Assembly: GCA_016125035.1 (NCBI GenBank)
Contig: WGMN01000016.1
Location: 1,554 to 65,553, forward strand
Source: Pseudomonadota bacterium
Lineage (GTDB): Bacteria; Pseudomonadota; Alphaproteobacteria; UBA2136; UBA6156
Direction: 5' to 3'
DNA length: 64,000 nucleotides
The first letter of the stretch is position 1. Each line of letters begins with the position of its first letter. The notes below the pieces were generated by a model that was not told the origin of the DNA, made no database searches, and saw nothing but the letters and a program-made list of their open reading frames with translations. This document shows positions 34,408-40,702 of the stretch, piece after piece. The position numbers and the translations under genes are program-made.

Positions 34408-36018
34408 ATGGATACCAACCTCGCTTCACGGCTGAAAACTCTTATCCAGCAACGCGGTCTCACCGCGGCTGGCCTTGCGCGCCAGGCCGGGCTCTCGGTG
34501 GCCAGCCTCTCGCGCATCCTTTCTGGCCAAACCAACCCGTCTTTTCAAAGCGTCAGCCGCATCGCCGCGGCCCTGGGCGTGGGGCTGGAGAGCCTCTCCC
34601 CCGCCCCCACCCAGGCCACTGCCCCTCTGGCCGAGAACACCGTCCGCGCCGTCTATACGCTTGAAAACACCGACCATTCCACGCAAGAAGCCGGCCAGCT
34701 CATGCTCCAGGCCGCCCTGGGCAGCTGGAGCCACAGCTGGATGCACCCCTACGTCGCCGAAGGCATAGAAGCCCCCACCCTCGCCTCGGCCAGCCAAAGC
34801 GGCAGCCACCGCCAACAGGTGCAACTGGCCTTCCCCCACCAATTGGTAGAGGGCGGCAGCGTCGCCAGCCTGCTCAGCGTGGTCACCAGCGCGCTCTCGG
34901 GCACCGGCGCGCGGCTGCTGGATGTCACCGTCCCGCCCACCCTCATCCGCACCTTCTCCGGCCCGGCCTTCGGGCTGCGCGGCCTGCGCGATACCTTCAA
35001 CAAACACGGCCGCCCGCTGCTGGCCTGCACCATCCGCCCCATGCACGGGCTCTCTCCCCGGCTTTACGGCCGCGCGGCGTTCGAGGCCCTCATCGGCGGG
35101 GTGGATATCACCGTCGATCCCGCCCTGCTGCACTCCATCCCCTCCAACCCGTGGCGAGAACGCTTCCGCTTCGTGGCGGAAGCCGCCGCCGCCGCCTCGC
35201 GTGAAACCAATGAGTTTAAAACCCACGCCGTCAACATCACCGCCCCCACCATGGAAGACATGCTGGAACGCGCCACCTGGGCCAAAGAGCTGGAATTGGC
35301 GATGGTGATGGTCGACACCGCCGCCATCGGCTGGTCGGCGGTGCAAAGCTTGGGGGCATTCTGCGCCAAAAATGAGCTCATCCTGTGCGCGCTCGGCACC
35401 CGCAGCCTCAACGGCTCCATGCTGTCCGAGCAACTCCAGGCCAAGCTCCTGCGCATCTGCGGGGCCGATGCCGTCTCCACCGGCTCGCCGCTGCGCGGCA
35501 ACGTCTCCAACCGCCGCTACGTCACCGGGGTGCTCTCGGCGCTGCGCGATGATTCCCTCCCCGCCCAGCCAGAGGCCGGGCACCACCTGCCCCAACCTTT
35601 CGAGGGCCTCACCGCCGCTATCCCGGCGGTGGGCGGCGGCCACAACCCGTGGCAATTCCCCCGGCTGATCGACGCCATTGGCGATAACGCCCTCATCCAG
35701 TGCGGCGGCGCGGTCATGAGCCACCCCTGGGGCGGCCAGGCCGGGGCCACCGCCTGCCGCACGGCTATCGAGGCCCTGGTCCAGGCCCGCGGCGAGGGCC
35801 ACAACCTCAACGTGGAAGGCCGCTCCATCCTGCTCAAGGCCGCCAAATACAGCCCCGACCTCAAACAGGCGCTCGATACCTTCCAGGAAGGCTCGTTCCT
35901 GTTCGGCGTGGTGCACACCCTCTCCCGCCCCACGGAAGGCTCGATCCTGCCGGGAACCAACAACCCCAGCCCAACAATAACCCCCTTCCGCCGCCCGGAG
36001 CCGACCAATGAAGACTAG
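34408..36018 (+). CDS. XRE-family helix-turn-helix domain fused to a RuBisCO large-subunit-like protein (form-I-like, catalytic residues replaced)
   Basis: 536 aa. N-terminus MDTNLASRLKTLIQQRGLTAAGLARQAGLSVASLSRILSGQTNPSFQSVSRIAAALGV is an XRE HTH. The rest aligns with RbcL across both domains (KHGRPLLACTIRPMHGLSPRLYGRAAFEALIGGVDITVDPA; HPWGGQAGATACRTAIEALVQARGEGHNL). The ORF-track extension to 33880 is rejected. Confidence 0.85.
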   Translation: MDTNLASRLKTLIQQRGLTAAGLARQAGLSVASLSRILSGQTNPSFQSVSRIAAALGVGLESLSPAPTQATAPLAENTVRAVYTLENTDHSTQEAGQLMLQAALGSWSHSWMHPYVAEGIEAPTLASASQSGSHRQQVQLAFPHQLVEGGSVASLLSVVTSALSGTGARLLDVTVPPTLIRTFSGPAFGLRGLRDTFNKHGRPLLACTIRPMHGLSPRLYGRAAFEALIGGVDITVDPALLHSIPSNPWRERFRFVAEAAAAASRETNEFKTHAVNITAPTMEDMLERATWAKELELAMVMVDTAAIGWSAVQSLGAFCAKNELILCALGTRSLNGSMLSEQLQAKLLRICGADAVSTGSPLRGNVSNRRYVTGVLSALRDDSLPAQPEAGHHLPQPFEGLTAAIPAVGGGHNPWQFPRLIDAIGDNALIQCGGAVMSHPWGGQAGATACRTAIEALVQARGEGHNLNVEGRSILLKAAKYSPDLKQALDTFQEGSFLFGVVHTLSRPTEGSILPGTNNPSPTITPFRRPEPTNED

Positions 36019-36502
36019 CGCCGATATACTGCAATTGGCCATGGAGCAAGCCGTCCAGGCCGCCGCACAAGCCGAGTACCCCTTCGGCGCGGCCATCGTC
36101 AAAGAGGGCCGTATAATCTGTGCAGAAGGTTCCGGAGCGGCAGAAAATGAGCCCGACCCCACCGCACATTCCGAGGTCAACGCCATCCGTAAAGCCGCCA
36201 AAATCCTCGGCACCGCCAACCTTTCAGGCTGCACACTGGTCTCCTCGTGCGAACCCTGTCATCTGTGCTTTGGCGCCATGTATTACGCCGGTATCCGAAC
36301 GCTGGTAACCGCAAGCTCGATTAAACAGATGGAAACCATCGGCTGGAAATGGCCGGAAAAAGACTTGGCCACCCACCCGGAAACCTACAAAACCGTAAAC
36401 ATCGCCCTCACCGAAGGACTGTTGCACAATGAGGTGATGGCCATGTACCGCCAGCATCCCCAGGCACGAATCACGAATAACGAATCACGAGTTACGATAT
36501 GA
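36008..36502 (+). CDS. CMP/dCMP-type (CDA fold) zinc deaminase, TadA/guanine-deaminase-like
   Basis: 164 aa with HSEVNAI (H.E) and CEPCHLC (PC..C) zinc motifs. Its start overlaps the upstream stop by 11 nt. Confidence 0.85.
   Translation: MKTSADILQLAMEQAVQAAAQAEYPFGAAIVKEGRIICAEGSGAAENEPDPTAHSEVNAIRKAAKILGTANLSGCTLVSSCEPCHLCFGAMYYAGIRTLVTASSIKQMETIGWKWPEKDLATHPETYKTVNIALTEGLLHNEVMAMYRQHPQARITNNESRVTI
36465..36499. repeat. heptamer tandem repeat CACGAAT-type x5, at the deaminase C-terminus next to the rbcS-like start
   Basis: cacgaatcacgaataacgaatcacgagttacgata encodes ARITNNESRVTI* and ends at the ATGA overlap with the next gene. Confidence 0.85.
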
Positions 36503-36837
36503 GATTTGAAACCTTCGCCTTCCTCCCCCCGCTCTCCCCCCAACAGGTGGAGGCGCAGGCCAACCATATCCTCACCCAGGGCCACCTCCCCACCATCGAG
36601 TTCGCCGAGAACCCCAGCAGTGCCGATTTCTACTGGCGCTCATGGCCCATCCAACCGGGGCGCATCAACAGCCTCACCGGCAAGCCGGAACCCCTCACCG
36701 CCGCCCACCTCACCAACCAGCTGGAAGCCTGCGCCCGCCGCCACCCCTACGCCTTCATCCGCCTGTCGGCCTATGATCCCAAAACCCGCCAAACCACCCT
36801 CTCCTTCATCACCAAAACCCCGCAGGAAGGCCAGTAG
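36499..36837 (+). CDS. RuBisCO small-subunit (RbcS/CbbS) homolog
   Basis: 112 aa. RFETFAFLPPLSPQQVEAQANHILTQGHLPTIEF...FYWRSW...HPYAFIRLSAYDPKTRQTTLSFI parallels cyanobacterial RbcS [34 protein letters not shown]...FYWTMW...[20 protein letters not shown]. ATGA overlap with the deaminase gene. Confidence 0.85.
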   Translation: MRFETFAFLPPLSPQQVEAQANHILTQGHLPTIEFAENPSSADFYWRSWPIQPGRINSLTGKPEPLTAAHLTNQLEACARRHPYAFIRLSAYDPKTRQTTLSFITKTPQEGQ

Positions 36838-37002
36838 GCAGAGCCGTTAGCTGGTAGGTAAAGAGCAAACCGCCAACGGGGCGGCTCCGCATCCCTCGGC
36901 CCTGCGCTGCACCTACCTGACTCCACCCCCAACCCCTCGCGCAGGGTCGGGGGTCCAGGGGGCCCGCACGAGCGGATGGAAAGAACGCCGTGCCTTGCGG
37001 CC

Positions 37003-37043
37003 AGCCTGCCCCAAAATGTTCTTCACATTTTGGCCGGCAGGCT
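37003..37043. repeat. long imperfect inverted repeat (16-bp stem, 2-nt bulge, 7-nt loop)
   Basis: agcctgccccaaaatg-ttcttca-cattttggccggcaggct, in the 350-nt spacer after the rbcS-like gene. Confidence 0.6.
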
Positions 37044-37106
37044 CCGACCAGGCACCACCCGCCATAGCAACCCGCCAGCCCGGTAAATCAAAACGCCCAA
37101 AAACGC

Positions 37107-37137
37107 AAAAAAGGCGGCCCCACCGGGCCGCCCTTTT
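37107..37137. terminator. bidirectional intrinsic terminator
   Basis: aaaaaaggcggccc-cacc-gggccgccctttt between convergent transcription units. Confidence 0.7.
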
Positions 37138-37190
37138 CGTTCTCGCCACTCGCCCCTACCCCACCATGTGCCTGCAAATCAAGACGTGCC

Positions 37191-37940
37191 CTACCGCCCC
37201 ACCGCCTGCAAAACCGCCAATAACTCGGCGCGGCGCCTTTTGTTCTCCCACCAGAACAAATGCCCCCCACCCGGCACAATCACCAATCTGGCCTTCAGGT
37301 AGCGCCTTAGCGCACGTGCCTCCCATGGCCAGCACAGGCGGTCCTTTTCCCCTTCAATGATGATCGTCTTCGCCGGGTGCTTCCACGCCCATTTCCATTG
37401 CATCACCCCGCGCCTCAGGTCGTTAAGGTGCGCCCAGCGCTCGGGGCGTTGATCTTTAAGCGTCTGGGCATAGCCCAGCAGCTCTTCCAGTGTGTGCTTA
37501 TCCATGCCTTTTTCACAAAACATCAGCCGCAACGGCCGCCGCCAAACCCATGGGCGAATGGCATAATTCCCCCCTGCCCATAGCGCACTTGCCAGCATGG
37601 CATGCCCCTGGCCGCAGGGCGCGCACAGCAGGGCTCTAGCACCAAACTCTCCCGCCAAACGGTAGGCTATCCCGGCACCAAGCGAGTGCCCCATCACCAC
37701 CTGCGGTTCCAATGTCTGCTCACGCAAATGCTTGGCGGCATGGCCGCATATCCTGCCCAACCCCATCCACCAGGGCGCGTGGCGCCAATCCAGCACGGCC
37801 ACCCGCCATTGTTGCTGCAGGTCGGGTAACAAGTTGTCCCAAAAGCGCGCGGTGCACCCCATGCCGTAAACCAGCAGCAACAGCGGCTTGCCCTCGTCTC
37901 CGTGCAGCTCCAGCCGCACCCAGGGCGTGCGGCCGGCCAT
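37191..37940 (-). CDS. alpha/beta-fold hydrolase
   Basis: 249 aa with nucleophile elbow GHSLGAG. Starts 1 nt after the glmM stop. Confidence 0.8.
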   Translation of the reverse strand: MAGRTPWVRLELHGDEGKPLLLLVYGMGCTARFWDNLLPDLQQQWRVAVLDWRHAPWWMGLGRICGHAAKHLREQTLEPQVVMGHSLGAGIAYRLAGEFGARALLCAPCGQGHAMLASALWAGGNYAIRPWVWRRPLRLMFCEKGMDKHTLEELLGYAQTLKDQRPERWAHLNDLRRGVMQWKWAWKHPAKTIIIEGEKDRLCWPWEARALRRYLKARLVIVPGGGHLFWWENKRRRAELLAVLQAVGR

Positions 37941-37941
37941 G

Positions 37942-39324
37942 CTAAGCTTCGGCCGCCGCCAAAACCGCCCCCTTCAAAGCTTCCACCTCAGCCAGCATGG
38001 CGGCCTCCTCTTTGGCCTCCACCATCACGCGAATAAGCGCCTCCGTGCCGCTCTTCCTCACCAGCACCCGCCCGTCGCCGCCCAGCCGCTTTTCACTGGC
38101 TTTAATGGCGCCCTGCAAGCCTTCGCTCTCCATCACCGCCGCGGCATCACTTCCGGCGGGCAGCTTAATGTTCTCCAACTTCTGCGGCCAGGGGGCAAAC
38201 AGCTGGCGCAAACTGCTCGCTTCGCCCTGCACCTCCTGCAAATAGGCCATCACCTGCAAGGCCGCCAAAATACCGTCGCCGGTGGTGGCATAATCGCGGA
38301 AAATAAGGTGCCCGCTCTGCTCCCCGCCCAAATTATAGCCGCCTTCACGCATGGCTTTTTCAACATGATGGTCGCCCACCGGGGTGCGCACCAACTTCAA
38401 CCCCATCTCGTCCAAAAAGCCTTCCAACCCCATGTTGCTCATCACGGTGGCCACCACACCGCCTCCCTTCAGCGCGCCGTGGGTCTTCAAATGCCGCGCC
38501 ATGGCGGCCAGAATGCAATCGCCGTCCACCACCTCGCCTTTTTCATCCGTCACAATCAGGCGGTCGGCATCACCATCCAGCGCCACCCCCAAATCGGCAC
38601 CGTGGGCCACCACCGCCTTGCCCAGGGTCTCCGGGCTGGTGGCCCCCACGCCACGGTTGATGTTAAACCCATCCGGGTCGGTGCCCATGCGTATCACCTG
38701 CGCCCCCAGCTCCCAAAAAATGCGCGGGGCGATCTTATAGGCGGCACCATGCGCGCAATCCACCACCACCTTCAGGCCTTTCAGGCTCAACCCGGCGGGC
38801 ACACTGGTCTTCACAAACTCAATGTAGCGGCCCACCGCGTCTTCCACCCGCAAGGCCTTGCCAATGTGGTCGGCCTCCGCCAGGGGGATGCGCTCGGGGT
38901 GCTCCAGCAGCTCCTCAATGGCCTCCACAAACCCCCCGTTCAACTTCACCCCATCGGGGGTGAACATTTTAATGCCGTTGTCGGCATAGGGGTTGTGGCT
39001 GGCGGTGATCATCACCCCCAAATCGGCACGCAAACTGCGCGTCAGCATCGCCACCGCCGGGGTGGGCAACGGCCCCAGCAACAGGCAGGTAAAGCCCACG
39101 CTGGTCAACCCGGCCTGCAGGGCGCTCTCAATCATATAACCACTCAGGCGCGTATCCTTGCCAATAACCACCGTCGGCTTGCCGCCATGGCGGTAATGTG
39201 CGGTCTTCTTGGCCACCACATGCCCGGCCGCCTGGCCGATGCGCACCACCATTTCGGGCCGCAAAACCTCGCCATTGGCCACGCCCCTAATGCCGTCGGT
39301 GCCGAAATACTTGCCAGAAGCCAT
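37942..39324 (-). CDS. glmM: phosphoglucosamine mutase
   Basis: Start at MASGKYFGTDGIRG with a GGGGAG Shine-Dalgarno. Active-site motif ITASHNPYADNGIK. The ORF extends to 39381. Confidence 0.92.
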   Translation of the reverse strand: MASGKYFGTDGIRGVANGEVLRPEMVVRIGQAAGHVVAKKTAHYRHGGKPTVVIGKDTRLSGYMIESALQAGLTSVGFTCLLLGPLPTPAVAMLTRSLRADLGVMITASHNPYADNGIKMFTPDGVKLNGGFVEAIEELLEHPERIPLAEADHIGKALRVEDAVGRYIEFVKTSVPAGLSLKGLKVVVDCAHGAAYKIAPRIFWELGAQVIRMGTDPDGFNINRGVGATSPETLGKAVVAHGADLGVALDGDADRLIVTDEKGEVVDGDCILAAMARHLKTHGALKGGGVVATVMSNMGLEGFLDEMGLKLVRTPVGDHHVEKAMREGGYNLGGEQSGHLIFRDYATTGDGILAALQVMAYLQEVQGEASSLRQLFAPWPQKLENIKLPAGSDAAAVMESEGLQGAIKASEKRLGGDGRVLVRKSGTEALIRVMVEAKEEAAMLAEVEALKGAVLAAAEA

Positions 39325-39428
39325 CAAAATCTCCCCATCAAACCCCGGCACCTTAGCAGAAAAGCCGCCTCCGGCCACCAAACCGGCGCCATTTTCCCGC
39401 CCAACCTTGCGTCAGCGCCGCCACCTCC

Positions 39429-39456
39429 CTTGCCACGCTCAATGTATACTGTTATG
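39429..39456 (+). promoter_or_regulatory. conserved upstream element, copy B
   Basis: cttgccacgctcaatgtatactgttatg, 52 nt upstream of the 39508 CDS. Confidence 0.4.
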
Positions 39457-39507
39457 TAGGGCCATCCTCAACCACAGGGAGCCCCCGCGAAAGCGGGCCG
39501 AACCATC

Positions 39508-39765
39508 ATGAAGAACCTTCCCGCGGGCGTTTGCACCATCAGCCCCAGCAAAGGCCGCATCATCAGCGGTGTCTTCGAGGTCTACAAGGCCACGGGCAAC
39601 TTCGGCGAAGACGTCGCCCTCGCCGCCAAATCACTGCTCGATGAAACCCGCAAGGCCTACAAAAGCCAAACGCTCGACGGCACCATCAAACTCTACGGCT
39701 TCACCTTCCGCCTGTTGGACGACGGCCGGATGATCTACATCCAGGCCACCGCGGTGGAGGTCTAA
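39508..39765 (+). CDS. hypothetical protein
   Basis: 85-aa ORF, first of a tightly spaced pair (3-nt gap). Confidence 0.5.
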   Translation: MKNLPAGVCTISPSKGRIISGVFEVYKATGNFGEDVALAAKSLLDETRKAYKSQTLDGTIKLYGFTFRLLDDGRMIYIQATAVEV

Positions 39766-39768
39766 GCC

Positions 39769-39984
39769 ATGCTGCTCCCCGCAAACGTCTTCACCACCTC
39801 CCACCCGGAAATCTCCGTGGGCCAGACGCTCGCCATCACCTGCACCCTTCCGGCGGACATGCCTGGCGACAGCGCCGCCCGCATCGCCTACGCCGCCGAA
39901 AAGCTGCTGGAAGACGCGCACCACTACCTCAAGCCCACCCGCCGCGGCGAAACCTTGCGCATCTACGGTGCCAGCTTTCAGTAG
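39769..39984 (+). CDS. hypothetical protein
   Basis: 71-aa ORF, 3 nt after the previous stop. Confidence 0.45.
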   Translation: MLLPANVFTTSHPEISVGQTLAITCTLPADMPGDSAARIAYAAEKLLEDAHHYLKPTRRGETLRIYGASFQ

Positions 39985-40064
39985 CTGGATAAAAACCGGG
40001 TCCTCGCCATCGGCACCGCCATCCTCGCCAGCGACTAAGCCCCCGGCGCGTCGCCCCGCACCAA

Positions 40065-40105
40065 AAACCCCCGCCGCAGCCCTAAAAAAGCCGCGGCGGG
40101 GGTTT
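40065..40105 (+). terminator. intrinsic terminator
   Basis: aaacccccgccgc...gcggcgggggttt. Confidence 0.6.
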
Positions 40106-40108
40106 CCG

Positions 40109-40136
40109 CTTGCCCGCCTCAATGTATACTATTAAA
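40109..40136 (+). promoter_or_regulatory. conserved upstream element, copy C
   Basis: cttgcccgcctcaatgtatactattaaa, 21/21 identical to copy A over gcctcaatgtatactattaaa. 48 nt upstream of the 40184 CDS. Confidence 0.4.
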
Positions 40137-40183
40137 CCTTGGCACCTTCAAACAGGGAGGGCCCAACCTCGGGCCGCCACACC

Positions 40184-40438
40184 ATGTTCCTTCCCAAAGT
40201 CTACGCGGCCTCACCGCCGCCGAATCTCCAGCGCGTGGGTACCCTCGTCGAGTTCATCATCTGCAAGGGCACCGAGGTCCTGCGGCTCCTGGACGTCACC
40301 ACCCAGGCCTTTCGCGAGTTTGCCAAAGACGCCACCGGCATCGATGAACTCTACGACTTCCGCTACGAACTCCAGCCCTACCGCAACGAGCTGGACATCC
40401 TCAAAGTCTCCGCCTGTGTGGTGCAGGCGCAAAAATAA
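40184..40438 (+). CDS. hypothetical protein
   Basis: ATG at 40184, 84 aa. The ORF track begins at a TTG at 40139, and the start is uncertain. Confidence 0.45.
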   Translation: MFLPKVYAASPPPNLQRVGTLVEFIICKGTEVLRLLDVTTQAFREFAKDATGIDELYDFRYELQPYRNELDILKVSACVVQAQK

Positions 40439-40464
40439 GGCCTCTTTCTCAGGGGCAAAGCCAA

Positions 40465-40490
40465 AACGCCGCGGCCAAAGCCGCGGCGTT
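40465..40490. terminator. bidirectional intrinsic terminator
   Basis: aacgccgcgg-ccaaag-ccgcggcgtt between convergent genes. Confidence 0.6.
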
Positions 40491-40702
40491 CGCCTTTTCG
40501 CCGTCACAGGCGGCCTAGCGCCGCCCGCCCTTAATGCCGTCCCGCACCCACGCTTTTTCACGTTCCATTACGGTAATGATGTGCGGCGGCGGCTGGCTTT
40601 CGTCAAACACCACCGTCACCGGGCGGTGTCCGGTAATCCGCACCGCGGCATGCCGCGGCTTCATCTCGCAAGTCCCGAAAAAAGGGCCCGCAGGCCCCTT
40701 CC

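Noticed and set aside
34408-36018. Interpreting the RbcL-like protein as a functional CO2-fixing RuBisCO (a CBB operon).
   Set aside because: The carbamylated Lys and both acidic Mg ligands (KDDE -> VDPA) are replaced, as are K175, K177, and the His and Lys residues of the active site. There are no prk or cbb genes nearby. The N-terminal HTH fusion is incompatible with canonical enzymes.
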